A stretch of DNA of 64,000 nt from Marsupella aquatica (Eukaryota; Plantae; Marchantiophyta), in the NCBI GenBank assembly GCA_973895155.1, contig OZ316896.1, positions 2,728,001 to 2,792,000 on the forward strand, written 5' to 3'. Position numbers and translations under genes: made by a program. Below, one piece after another: positions 38,001 to 51,169 of the stretch. The notes beneath the pieces are model-generated. The model saw only the letters and a list, made by a program, of their open reading frames with translations, ran no database searches and was not told the origin of the DNA. Position 1 is the stretch's first letter. Each line of letters opens with the position of its first letter.

Positions 38001-41000
38001 CTCTTAGGAAGTCATTTGGGCTGTACTGTCTGGAATTTAACTTTCTCATGTGACTCTAGGGCCCCACCAAAATTTGCAGATGGAAAGAATTATGGAATGT
38101 ATGTAATGTATGTCAAAATGAATCATGCATGATGATTTTTGTCATCAATCCTATTAACATTCAAAAAATGGGCATTCAAGCTAGTGCAAAATAAAGTGGT
38201 CAATGTCCAGACACATAAAACATTGTTGTAATTTGTAACCTAGGTTGAAACACTCTATATTTATTTCTTGGGTGAAAGCACCCTAGGGATAACTGTTTTA
38301 CAGTTTTTATTTCAGACCCAATCATGCAAAAGGCAGAAAGCACATTTTGAATTTGTACACCATGTGCTTAGATCGCACGGTCAATTTTACATAGTTGACG
38401 CGGGGGTTGAGGGATGGGCAGGCATCTTGTCTCAATAGTAGATAGTAGATTTCAAATTTAGATGTGATCACATAGAGTAGGGAAGACTATTGCATTGTCC
38501 TTCAAAGACCTCTAAAAATTGATAGTCCCCAGAACATTATAATTGACAATGATTAGTTACCTTGTTGGAGTATCAAATATTAAAGGAACCCTCCCTATCC
38601 ATTTATCCAATGATTACTATGCAAGCAATAATTGGATAGATTATTTGCATATTAACACTGCAATTTTTTTTCACAATTTAATTGAAATGTTGATTGTAGA
38701 TAATAATTTCTGATAATTATGAACCTGAAGCCCTCCACAAAGTTTCATGAGGCAGAAAGGTGTGAGTGATTTTTTTTTATTGGTTTTAAAACCATGTGGA
38801 CTTCATCCTAGTAGTGCCTTGAGTTATATCCTGCTGGTACAATCTTGCCGGTCAGGGGTTGAAAAAGTGACGAGCAACTTCCAGATTTCGTGCAATGACA
38901 AATAATTAAATAAACCATTTGAGGGTAGGAAACGGTGAGGGGGACCCAGAATTTTGCTCATAGTTTCATACGTCCATCCTAGTAAGATCAAGTTCTAGAC
39001 ATCATGAATAGAAAGCACACAAAGAGGTTCTCAATGTTTTATTCCAAAATTAGAGGCATTGTCCATAGGATGGTGGGCAAGGAAATATAATTCTCAATGA
39101 CCAGTATGCTTTGACAGGAGATCGGGAACAAGTAACAAAGGGTAGTAAGTTTGTCTTGACTATTACTAACCTGTCTTGCAAGCCCCATAGCCCATGGTGA
39201 TTTTATTTTTATCAGTTCCACTTGGTTGGCTTGTGAGGTTGGCTTGTGAGGATGTCAACGAGTGCTTAGTTACAGAACCACATTTTCCTTTTTAAAAGAG
39301 TCAATATCTGTTAGATAATTACTATTGGGTCTAGAGTTACTCGGTAACCACAGTTAATCTAACCATAGTCAAGTACTTGATTAAGGTTATATGTGCCACT
39401 ACTCTATATATTTATTAACAAGACCTGGTTAGTGAGTAAAATCTAGGCTCCTTCTTATCATCTAAGAGATAAAGAGAGTTTAGTAGACGGAAACTCAACA
39501 TGATATATGGGTCTAGAATTCAGTAAAAATCTCTTGTGTCTTCATGTTCACATAGACTTTGAACAAGTGTATCACATGCTCGACCACATGTTTTTTGTGT
39601 GTTGATATCACATATTCGTTGGATGTTTTACATCTGCATGCTGTCTTTGAAATGTACATTGCTAGACCATATTTCACTTCAGAGTATAGAAACAAACTTT
39701 GGGTTTTCTAGTAAAGTTAATTTGATGAGATTATATTGGGTGAGGCTTACATAGACAGGGTTGTTTTCCAAACGGAAGCCTCCATGATAGGAAGGGAGAC
39801 ATGAGAAAGAAGAAGGTGGAAAAAGATACATTCCTTTTCAAAAAATTGGTATACTAGGAGGCACTTTCAGAGAATGAGATGATATCCTTGCTAAGATACA
39901 TACCAACTCAGCTTTACCATCTATCTATATTATATTTTGTGATTGAAGTCTAAAATGCATGACCTACTGCATAGAGTGAAGCCACTACTCCATAGAGTGA
40001 CGCCATAAGTCACAACTGATGTGATAACAATTTAAATATTTTGGTTTATGACCTGCTCCATAGAGTGAAAATTTGATATTGTTGTTTGTGACCTCGCTAG
40101 AGTGAAGCTGTAGATCATAATTGATAATTTATCCCATAACCAAAAACATTGATATTTAGGTCAGACTTGTAAGGATGCCATACTGCATAAGAGAAAATTT
40201 GGCTTTTTGACAATGATTGTGCCTAAAGGAGCCCTTCTTATGCATAAGCAAAGTTAGGCTACTATACATAATTTGTATCATTCAAGACAATCTAGAAAAG
40301 GCTTGCTTGTCATCGAGTAAAAAACTTGAGATGGGGAGCATAATCAACGAGGAATTGTCTTTTCTCGTCTAGATGAGATTAACAGGCAAGAATTATCTTT
40401 TGACTGGAGATTTTGAATCGGAAGGAATCATCCTGAATCGTGAAGAATCAGACCTCGAGGATGACAGATTCATTCAATCATGAACATTTGAGCTTGAACG
40501 CTTTAAAATCAAAGATATTATTGTTAGGAGAAAGCTATGAGGATCAAAGAGGTTAAGGTCGGGGATCGAGATCCTGTCATTTGGAAAATGAGAGTTGTAT
40601 ACTTTGACAAGAACTAAATATCAACAGCCTCAGGTCTAGATAAAATTCTGCTCCATGAGACAAATCCAGAGACAAAGCATCACAATAAACGAGAAGGTTG
40701 TGGAGAATCCTGTTTTTTACAAAAGTGGGAGCTGTGTCTTGACACGAAGTATTGAATAGCATCAGCCTCAAGATTAAGTCACATTTCTGAGCTGGATCCT
40801 TTCTTCCAAAGAAGAAGAGAAGACCGTCTGACTTGAATGACTAGCATCCCAGCTCTGTTCTCTACTGTACCAATCTTGCTGCCATTCTTTAGTTCACACA
40901 TTCTCTAGTTTACAAAAAGAATACATTGAAAGAAAGGCCAATAGTGACTTCATTTTTGTGCCCAGCTTCTCAAACCCATGACCTCACTCAACGGAGCAGA

Positions 41001-41342
41001 GAGTACAGCTTTTTCGTCCCTCCCCTGGAAAACTTTTTGACTTCCGTTGAAGGATACAGAAATCTAATTGAAGCCCTGTTGTTGGTACAGAACACTGAAG
41101 AAGATCAACAGGTAGTGCGATCCGCTTTGAAGGATGTGGTCAGCGATCCAACAGGACCCAGAAGAAGGCAGTGGAGAAAATTTATACAGGAATGATTCGT
41201 AAACAAGATAACAGAAAGTTGGAGCTGTTGCAATTCTTGCTCACTGGAGGAAGTTGCTCGAGAATTGCAAGAGGGGAACTGCACTTTTTGTGATTTCGAC
41301 AGATTAGGGGGACTTGAGGAACCATGACATCGAGCAATTCGA

Positions 41343-42572
41343 TCATTCCTTGTGATGACCTCTTCGTTTCAGAATGCGCGAAAATTGTGACTCCGGTAGC
41401 AACCCCTCCAAATCCTCTAGCAATTCTCGCTCACTCTTAGGAATGCCTCCGTCCTCTAGAGACTCATGTTGTTGTTGTTGTTGTTGCCCGGAAGGCTTCT
41501 CGGCATCTTCTGTCGCGGTTTCTGCGACGGCCTTCAGCCAATCCTGCTCGTTTGGAGGCTCCTTCAGCTTGTTGGCCTCCTTGATTTTGGCCATCATTCG
41601 CACATTGTCGATCAGAGAATTCACTCCTCCGGATTGGCGCACTATATTCTCAAGTCGCTCCAACTTCTTGCACGAGTCCTGTCGAGCACCGTGTTCGGGT
41701 ATGGTGCATTCACTCTCAGCTTCGGCCTGGACGACCAAAAACCACATTGTTACGTTACTATACTCCGTCGGTACGAGTTCATCCTGACTTCGTTTCAATT
41801 CCATAGGACAATAACACGATGAACTGACACAATACCATAATTAAAGGCATCCGAGAGCTGCTAACCTTCAGATTTTCATAGTCGAAGAGAGCTTCCCAGC
41901 ATTCATATGCGTCTTCTCCTTCCAGCACCATACACTTATCTGAAACCAGAATTGCCCGGTTAGCAATTAATGGTGGACGGCAAAAGATTCCACCGAAGGT
42001 CAATAATCAAACACGATTGGCTAACGTAAGCACCTTTGGCTTGATTAAGAAAGTGGAACAAATTGATTTAGACTTCCTCTTTTCTATCTACAAGAACTTA
42101 AAGACTCTTAGGCTACTTTCAACAATTACATTTCCAGATATTAATGAGCCAGAAACTGGTTGTAGATCTCCCCATGCATTGTTGTAAAAGATAAGTTAGA
42201 CAAGTATACAAACAGTAAGAAGAAACTGTTTTAAACAACTGTCCACAAAGAAGTAACATACAGCTATGCGCTCAAATTTATGGGAAATTGTGCTGTGGTA
42301 CCATTGAGTGCATCCTCCGCTTTCCGAAGAAAGCTCCGTTCTCGCATGGAGCGACTAAGACGACTCTGACTGAATGGCTCCAACTTCGGAGGATCGATAT
42401 GCCCGCCTTCTGAAGTAGTTCGATCACAGCAGACAATCGGACAGATCCTACGCACTCCCACTTTCACGTGCGTCCCAATCCTCGCAATCGCAGGGCTCCC
42501 AAATTGTTCCCTTAGCGGACACGTCGTGTGAAGCGAACCTGTACTCGTCAACGCCACCAGGGACAGTGCCAT
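41343..42572 (-). CDS. CBP1: CCG-binding protein 1 / MEE14 homologue, 3 exons
   Basis: Exons 42572-42302, 41939-41866, 41726-41343, in phase. Motifs PKLEPFS, C..LEGEDAYECWEA, RQSGGVNSLI and GIPKSERELLE..LPESQFSRIL match my recollection of the angiosperm CBP1/MEE14 family. Contains a short poly-Q. Confidence 0.82.
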
Positions 42573-43249
42573 CTCGCTTAGACCGTGCAGTCACTCCACT
42601 ACCTTCCAAAGCCCTTGGACGTCAATGTTCAGATGTTCTGCTTAACAAACAAGAGAAATCCCGCAATAAAGCGTCTTTCGCCGAATGCGCGCAGAAATTG
42701 TTATCCCCTCCAACCTACCGATCGAAGTTGAGAAAACAGAGCGCTACAAACGTCTTCCGAAGTTCCTCATTCATGAATTTCTTCTGCCCAAAGCAATGAA
42801 GGTTTGTCCCGGTTTGCTCAAAACCCCGACCCTGTGATTCCTGTAAACCCCTCCTCGCTGGACGAGCCACAACCTATTTCGAGCTCCGAAATCCTGACAG
42901 TAATCAAATCTTCGTCCACTGTTCTTTCATTCAGCGAAACCGGACATTCATGATCCAAGCCTCTCTCCTGAACACTCGATATCGTTCGTTTCAACAGTCC
43001 TCTAGACTGAAATCTCTCGTGAGTCGTTTCCTTTCTTTTCGAGAATTGGAAATGTGTCATGGACTCTTTCAATGATTATCCTCCCGAATGATGAATCCCG
43101 ATCGCAAGGACCCACAATTGCTGCAATGCCTTTTCTGCTTCTGCAGGGTTCTTTTGGAGACGGGTCTTTACGGGTAAGAGCGCGGGAGGCTTATCCGAAT
43201 CTTGTACGGAAGATGTCTGTCTGAAATCCGCGTCAGCACGGTCAGCGCA

Positions 43250-43720
43250 GAGTAAAGTCCTTTGCCCCTCCTATAGTCCTATGTGGCAGACGTTAATTAT
43301 TACTTTGTTTTTGTTACGAAGAGAAATGAGGAATTGACTAATTGAGGATGAACATGCATTAGTTTCTCCCCACCCCAATAGTGAAGTATATTTATTTCGC
43401 AGAACCTAATTCGGGTGAGCAAGGACTTTCTCCCAACCCCAATAGTGAAATACATTTATTTCGCTGAACATAATTCGGGTGAGCAGCGACCCTAACCAGG
43501 ACGAGTAAAGTCCCTTGCCCCTCCTATGTGGCAGATGTTTATTACTTTGTTTTTGTCTTGGAGGGAAAATGACGACCAACACCAATTAGGTTCTCCCCAC
43601 CCAATAGTGAAATACATTCATTTCAACCTTATTCAGGGTGAGTAGTCTCTCCCCACCCCAATAGTGAAATACATTCATTTCACGGAACCTTATTCAGGGT
43701 GAGCCGCTACCCTTATTAGG
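43250..43720. repeat. Nested tandem repeats (~255-bp duplication containing ~60-bp subunits) abutting the dispersed repeat core
   Basis: 'gagtaaagtcc.ttgcccctcctat' at 43250 and 43503. 'ctccc.accc(c)aatagtgaa.ta.att' occurs 4 times. Confidence 0.8.
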
Positions 43721-44357
43721 AGGGAGAGAGTATTGGGCAAGGAACCAGGAGGGAGAGAGGATTAAGTCAGGACAGGGATCCGCACCGGGAGGGAGAGAGG
43801 ATAGGTCTCAAAGTGAACAACCAGGACCCAAAGAGATGATCATAACTCTCATCCACTACCACCAAACCCATCTCACCCACACACATGTACCCGCTTTGTG
43901 CACAGAGGGGGGGATTGAACATGAGAGAGCAGATCTAGGGATTTTAAAGGTTTTTCCTGTCTTGCCAGGGTGGCAAATGTCACCTTGTATGAAGCACAAT
44001 GTGAAGAGTGTTCCTTGTCCAATTTTAGTAGATTAAGTATTGACTAGCAGATCTCCCGAGGATGAGGATAACTTTTAGATTGTGGCCAATGGGGTCTTGT
44101 CTAGGTGGAAAACGAGCTATTGAAACACACAAAATTTGGCATCAAACACTTGGCCATTTAAATTATTTCTGGTTCCATGAAATAGCACAATGCCACAATA
44201 CTATTTGAATGCCTACTTTCAATTTTAAATTAAAGAAATGTATACACTGAAAAGTCAGTGCTGCGTCACAAAATTCTTAACATTTGTACGGGAATTTGCA
44301 TCACAAAACTCTATTGAGGTTCACAAGCACTCTAAATTATTTCAGTCAGGTCTCCTC

Positions 44358-44701
44358 TGTTGAGCATAGACGACCTTCGTAACGGCAAGCCCATGAACCA
44401 TCCAACGCACAATAGTCGACACAGAGAGATACGTGGTTCACCTCCACATGAGGCTACGTCCATGGGAACACACAAGAGCTTTACTGCACTCTAGGCCGAC
44501 CGGCCATACCAAGCATCCACAGCACAAGCTCTCCCTATCTCTCAACTAGCTCCGTAACAATGAGCCTAAGTTCCACCAGGGTCTGACATCAGCCCTAGCT
44601 ATATACACAATAGCACTACCGCTAATATTAGCTAAGTCCTAACCCAAGTTAGCCTAACTGTAGTTAGCTCATGAGTCACAAGACTAGAGCAATATCTAAC
44701 A
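44358..44701 (-). repeat. 3' LTR (344 bp)
   Basis: Direct repeat of 50891-51169. Adjacent PPT AAGGGGGAG on the minus strand at ~44704-44712. Confidence 0.95.
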
Positions 44702-44908
44702 AACTCCCCCTTAACTCTTGTCTTGGGGACTGGACTAAATGCTACCATATGGAATCCTCAGTGGGAAGTTCTAGACAATCACCAAACCAGGTCTCCCCCT
44801 AAAAACCACAAGGGTTAACTAAGGGTTAACTAGAACTAAGCCGTAGCCAAACAGGAATGAGTAATCCATATACAAATAGTCACACATTGCTAAATAACTC
44901 TACTTGCA

Positions 44909-47900
44909 CTACAACTGCAAAACCTGCAAAGTAGCACAATGTCTTGAGAAACTCTCCAAATGAATCACTTTGGTAAAGATATCAGCGGGATTGAGCTTTC
45001 CATCAATCTTGACTAGCTCAAAAGTTTTATCAGACATTGCTTGCCTGATAAAATGGTACCTGATATCAATGTGTTTCACCCTGCTATCCATCACCTGGTT
45101 AGCAGCCAAGTGAAGAGCACTCTGACTATCACAGTTTAGAGTCATTTTGTCATGCTCTAAACTCATCTCCGCAATCAACTTATCAAACCAAATTGCTTCC
45201 TTTGCTGCTTCTGTTGCTGCAACATACTCTGCTTCTGTAGTAAATTGAGAAATGCACTTCTGCAAGGTAGATTTCTAACTGATACATCCTCCTCCAAGAA
45301 TGTATACAAACCCAGTTGTAGACCTCCTTGTATCCAGACAACCTCCATAGTCAGAATCTACATAGCCAACTAACGTTCTATCTGATCTGTTATCAAATAG
45401 TAATCCATAGTCCTGTGTTCCCTTCAGATACCTAAGAATCCACTTCACAGCTTCCCAATGTACCTTTCCTGGATTTGACATGAATCTACTAACCTTGCCC
45501 ATCGCTAGGGCTAAGTCAGGCCTAGTACAAGTCATCAAATACATCAGATTGCCTACTGCTTTCTCATAAGGAATCTTAGCCATCAGACCTTTCTCCACAA
45601 CATCCGTAGGAAAGAAAGCCGATGATAACTTGAAATATGAAGCTAAAGGAATACTCACTGGCTTACAGTTTTCCATGTTGAATTGTGCAAGTACTTTCCT
45701 TGCATATTGGCCTTGACTCAAGCACAACTGTCCAGTATCAGAGTTCCTAAAAATCTCCATCCCTAAGATCCTCTTGGCCTTACCAAGATCCTTCATCTTG
45801 AATTCAACACTCAATTTTGCCTTGAGACTGTCAACCTCAGATTGATCTTTACTCACAATCAGCATGTCATCCACATAGATCACCAGAATGATTAAACCAA
45901 ATACATCATTCTTGACTGATTTCATATACACATAAGGATCATACACCATCCTTGTAAAACCTTGAGCAAACATAAAATCATCAAACCGCTTGTTCCATTG
46001 TCTGGGAGACTACTTCAATCCATACAAGGACTTGAGCAATCTGCAAACTAAGTTCTCTTGGCCCTTCTTCATAAAGCCTAGTGGTTGTCTCATGAAGATT
46101 AACTCTTCCAAGTTGCCATAGAGAAAAGCAGTAACAACATCCATCTGATCCATTACCAGACCAAAAAACACAATAAGCTGACACAAGATCCGTATTGTGG
46201 AATACTTAGCCACCGGTGAAAAGACCTCATTGTAGTCCACTCCTTTCTCCTGAGTGAACCCTTTGGTAACAAGCCTTGTCTTGTAGATCTTATCTCCACC
46301 CTCTGAAGGACTGTCTTTCAACTTATAAATCCATTTGCTGTCCACCACTTGCTGACCTCTTGGAAGCTCCACCAGCTCCCATGTCTTGTTGTCACTCAAA
46401 GATTGCAACTCCCTCTGCATTGCTACATTCCACTCATGCTTCTGCTCTGAAGCACAAGCCTCATTGTACGAAGAAGGCTCTCCTTCTTCCAAGATCAAAG
46501 CCATGTCATCATCATCAGGTGCAATGTCAATATCATCTAGCTTAGATGAGTCTGCCAATTGACCATACCTGGTAGGAGCTCTAGTAGAACGACTGGAAGT
46601 TCTTCTAGTAGATGACTCAGGCTGATCAGCTGCTGCTGCTGGTTGAATTTGAGGTACCCCAACAACAATCTGCTCCTCTTGTTCCATCACAGGAACCAGC
46701 TCCAAGCCCGAAGCTTCTCCATCTCTCCTGTCATGAACTGCATCATGACTAATCTCCCTCTCAACCCGGTCCGGGATGGGAGATTTCCCCTTGTCAGTAT
46801 GGGAGTCCTGAGAACTCTCCTCCTCCTTTGATGATCTGGATTCTTTAAAGGACACATCTCTACTGACAATTAGCTTACAGGTTACTAGATCCCATAACCT
46901 ATAACCGTTCACACCTTTCTGATAGCCAAGGAAAATACACTTCTTCGACTTGGACTCCAGCTTGGATCGAAGCTGGGAAGGTGTAAGCACATAAGCATCA
47001 CATCCAAAAATCCTCAGATGTGAGTAATCTGCTGGACGCCCGTACCTCATTTCAAATGGCGTCTTGAATCCAATAGAATTGGATGGAGAAAAAATTATCA
47101 AATAAGTTGCAGTGTTGACAGCTTCAGCCCAAAACTCATGTGGTAAGCATGATTGACTCAACATACTCCTCGAGCAGTCCAATAGTGTTCGGTTGAGTCT
47201 CTCAGAAACACCATTCTGCTGAGGAGTATAACTTGTTGTGAGATGGCGGGTAATCCCCTGCTCCTTACAATACGTTCCAAATTCCCCGAAACTGTATTCA
47301 CTGCCGTTATCCGATCGAAGATATCTCACCTTATTACTAGTCTGATTCTCAACTTGGGCTTTCCACTCCTTAAAAGTGGCAAAAACATCAGACTTATTGT
47401 GTAGAAAGTATATCCACACATACCTTGAGTAATCGTCAATGAACGTGACATAGTATAACCGTCCAGAATGTGAGGGAGTAGGGGCTGGACCCCACACATT
47501 ACTATGTACATACTCAACTACCTCCTTGCTGGTGTGAGTTCCAACTCCGAAGGGTTTCCTGTGCTGCTTCCCCAGCACACAGTGCTCACAAAATTCCAAC
47601 TTACAAGATTGCAAATTAGAAAGTAATCCTTTCTTCTGAAGAATAACCAAACCTTTTTCACTCATGTGGCCCAAACGGAAGTGCCACAGCCGAGCTGTCT
47701 CCTCATGAGATAAGGTTACATTGGCTTCATCACAAACTACACTGCCCTCCAAAACGTATAGATTGCTATGTCTTTTTCCCTTCAATACAACTTTAGTACC
47801 AGTTGAAACTTGAAGGACACCATTAGCAGAACTCCACTGATGGCAATTTGCTTCTAAAACTCCAAGTGAAATGAGATTTTTCATCATGTTGGGAATATGT

Positions 47901-49186
47901 CTCACATTCCTCAATGTTAATTCTTACAACACCATCAAACATCTGAAATCTTACAGATCCAAGTCCAACAACTTGACATGGGATTCAATTTCCCATCAAC
48001 ATTGACCCGTTGGAAACCGTGTAAGAACTGAAAAAATCTCTCCTAGAGCAAATGTGAAAAGTACATGCACTATCTAGAATCCAGTTATCACTACATGGAT
48101 TTGACACTACGTTGAGAGCATAACTCTGACATCGCAATATGTCCTCATCATCGAGTAAATCTACCTCATGCAAGCTCGATGCCGCGTGAGCAGATGCAGT
48201 AGGGACCTTACTCGATAATTCCTTTTCATGTGGCCAGGCTTGCCACAATTCCAACATGCAAGAGGCTTCCTCTCTTGCGATTTCCCTCTGGATTTAGATC
48301 TCCCCCGTGATGTAGATCTAAACCTGTTCAGCCCATTCGTGCGCTGCGTTGCTCTTCCACGGTTCACGTTCAACGCAGTGCCAGAAGAAGATGCTGTCTG
48401 TGATTGACCCAGCTTCTTCTGAGCATCATCAGACAATAAAGAGCTCACCACCTCATTATACGAAATGGACTTCAGATCTCTATACAAGAGCACCTGTTTC
48501 AAGCCCTGATATGACGGCGGTAAGGAGCTTAGCAGAAGCAAGGCCTTATCCTCATCTTCAACTTCTTTTCCCAAGTTTGACAGATCCACCACTAGACTGT
48601 CAAATTTATCCAAGTGATCCTGCATCTTGCTCCCTTCCTTGAGCCTGAGGCTCATCCAGAGAGACTTCTTGTACAGCCGGTCTAAAGCATCTTCCCGGTA
48701 GTACTTCTCTCTTAGAGCCTTGAATAGTGACGCGCAATCCGCATAATCATCCAGCTGCTTGATGATGTGCGACTTGAGATATAGCATCACTGCATTGACA
48801 GCAATCACCTGCTCCTGTCTCCACTGCCTCACTGAAGTCTCCTCCTCTCCATCATACTGCTCTCGTGATGAAAGCAGATGAGCTAAGCCCATGGCCCGTA
48901 GAACACCCTTCACTTGCTTCTCCCAGAGCAAGTAATCAGTACGACCATCGTACTTCTCCACCTCAAACTTCACTCCTCCAAATCTAGCTATCTCTCTCTT
49001 CTTTCCCACTACCGACAGCTCTGGTAGTAGTACACCTTCCTCCACTGCACGCCGCACCGGTGATCGTACTGGTGTTACTAGTTCTTCCTCAAACGGTAGC
49101 AGCTCCTCCTCAGACTCACCGTCTGACCATCGCGATCCTAAAGCTCCACTGACGCCAATTCTTCCAGTATCCTCCGAGTCACTCAT
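44909..49186 (-). pseudogene. Copia gag-pol, interrupted by stops and frameshifts
   Basis: KFEVEKYDG gag; zinc knuckle CWNCGKPGHMKRNY (last Cys lost); protease WILDSACTFHIC; integrase FIDDYSR, RSDNGSEY, PQQNGVSER; RT IYVDDML; RNaseH TEAEY, CDSQSA, KHIDIRYHFIR. Split over five ORFs. Confidence 0.93.
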
Positions 49187-50876
49187 ATGAAACAATCACG
49201 AAAAAATGTCTTTTTTCAAAACTTCTCATAAAACTCAAAACTCAACAACGCCGCGTAGCCCTTGAAGCTAGGAGTCCAATACTGAAAGCCGAAATTAAAA
49301 TCGAAATTCGACGGAAAAGTTCTTCAAATTTTGGTCGGGGTGGGTAAAACCTTGGGAAACTCCCCCGTTTCGACCACCTAGGAGAATAACCGAAATACCT
49401 AGTCTAACCCATCGTCGGAATTGCGATGTGATCGGTGCGCCGCGTTGCTAACTCCAGTGGCAACGTCCTCACCGAAAAAGAATCAAAAAAATTACCGTTC
49501 GGTGGACGGAATCTTTGTCGGACGGCCGAAAAACAGATCTATGTTTTTTGGGAATATTCTTGCACAGTCCGACAGGTCTCACAGGGGGCCGTTCCCCCTG
49601 TCCAAGCGGTTAAAATGGAGGGCGGCAGGTCCCGGCACAAGAGGAAACAAGAGGAAGGAAAAAGGTTTAAAATAGGCCCTTAAAGGGGGTGCTAAATCAG
49701 AAAATACATGTATAAAAAAGGCGCAGAGTACAAGGGCACACAGAGTACGCAAGGGTGTCGGGCGACTGCGTATAAGGCAACCAAATACAGGGTTGGGAGG
49801 GGGGTGATTGTACGCTGAATTGAAGGTCGCAACCGTGGGGGGGGGTAGGGCAAAGGCAGGGCCGACCGTAAGGAGAAACCTGTCGGGAGGGAGTCGGGGC
49901 CGGCTCGCAAAGGGGGAGCGAGGCGTGCCCGGCGATAAGGGAATACAAAGGGCCGGGGCGCGAGGAGGCCGAAGGGTGGCAGCAGCCGGGCGGCTACAAA
50001 TGCGCCGGCCGGCGCTGCATGCGGAGTGCCGTTAAAACCGGGGTGCGGGCGGGGGGAAACAACGTACGCGAGGCAGGGGGAGTAACGGGGTCAATGGGGG
50101 ACCCCCGGGTGTGTGTACACACCCTTTGGTGTGTATACACACTAAAGGGACTCCTTTAAGCCCCTTAAAACCAAAAAACTCCCACGGGATAAATGAATGA
50201 AAAAACTCACTTGAAAAGCCGTTGTTTCTCACGAGAAAAATGAATGCCGCCGACGGAAAAGGTTGCCGAATTGCACCGGCACAGTATGCAGCCCCAACTC
50301 AGTAAAAAAATTCCGCAGCGTCGCCTTCACTCCGCATCAAGTGCCAATCCCGGGCTCAAAATGACCACCTCGCCGCGATCAAATTGTTGAGCCGTAGCAC
50401 TTCGCGTTTCTTCCACTGAGTCGGACGTCACGAAGAGAAACTCGGTTCAGATGAGAACAAGCTCCATAGCTTGTGAAAAAACCTGAACGCCTCGGTCCTT
50501 CACTCATCACGTCGCACTCAGTAACAACTCGGCAGCTATCCAGCTACCGAAACGACCAGCTCACTTCAACCTTCAACTTGAGCTATAATGTGCGATCCCT
50601 CCCGCACCGCACGGCTCACACCATTGAAAAACACGATCTCTGGTCTCTCCCCCAAAAAGCCGTCAAACACGAATAAAACCTGAACGACGCAAATTTCAAT
50701 TCCTCCGCACCACGGATACCGATCAGCGAGTTCTAACCACCGTTAGAAAGCCCTCTCACTAACCTATCCGCTCAGCCACACACATTCGAGTTTCAAGCAA
50801 CGAAACTCTGAATGTACCATCGACAATGAACGCTGGAAAAACCTGTCAAGAAAAAACCTCGTCACCTCCCAGGCAT

Positions 50877-50888
50877 GCTCTGATACCA
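50877..50888 (-). promoter_or_regulatory. Primer-binding site (tRNA-iMet)
   Basis: TGGTATCAGAGC on the minus strand, 2 nt from the 5' LTR. Confidence 0.93.
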
Positions 50889-50890
50889 CT

Positions 50891-51169
50891 TGTTGAGCAT
50901 AGACGACATTTGTAACGGCAAGCCCATGAACCATCCAACGCAAATAGTCGACTGCACTCTAGGTCGGCCGACCATACCAAGCATCCACAGCACAAGCTCT
51001 CCCTATCTCTCAACTAGCTCCGTAACAATGAGCCTCAGTTCCACCAGGGTCTGACATCAGCCCTAGCTATATACACAATAGCACTACCGCTAACATTAGC
51101 TAAGTCCTAACCCAAGTTAGCCTAACTGTAGTTAGCTCATGAGTCACAAGATTAGAGCAATATCTAACA
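50891..51169 (-). repeat. 5' LTR (279 bp)
   Basis: Matches the 3' LTR except for a 64-bp indel, a 1-bp indel and 8 substitutions (manual count). Confidence 0.95.

Larger units (their letters stand above)
44358..51169 (-). mobile_element. Full-length, decayed Ty1/Copia LTR retrotransposon (Tnt1/Tork-like)
   Basis: TG...CA LTRs at 44358-44701 and 50891-51169. Perfect 5-bp TSD TCCTC (44353-44357 and 51170-51174). PBS and PPT present. Domain order gag-PR-IN-RT-RNaseH. Confidence 0.97.

Noticed and set aside
40926-41195. 89-aa + strand ORF
   Set aside because: No ATG start or recognisable motif; lies downstream of CBP1, in its probable 3' UTR region.
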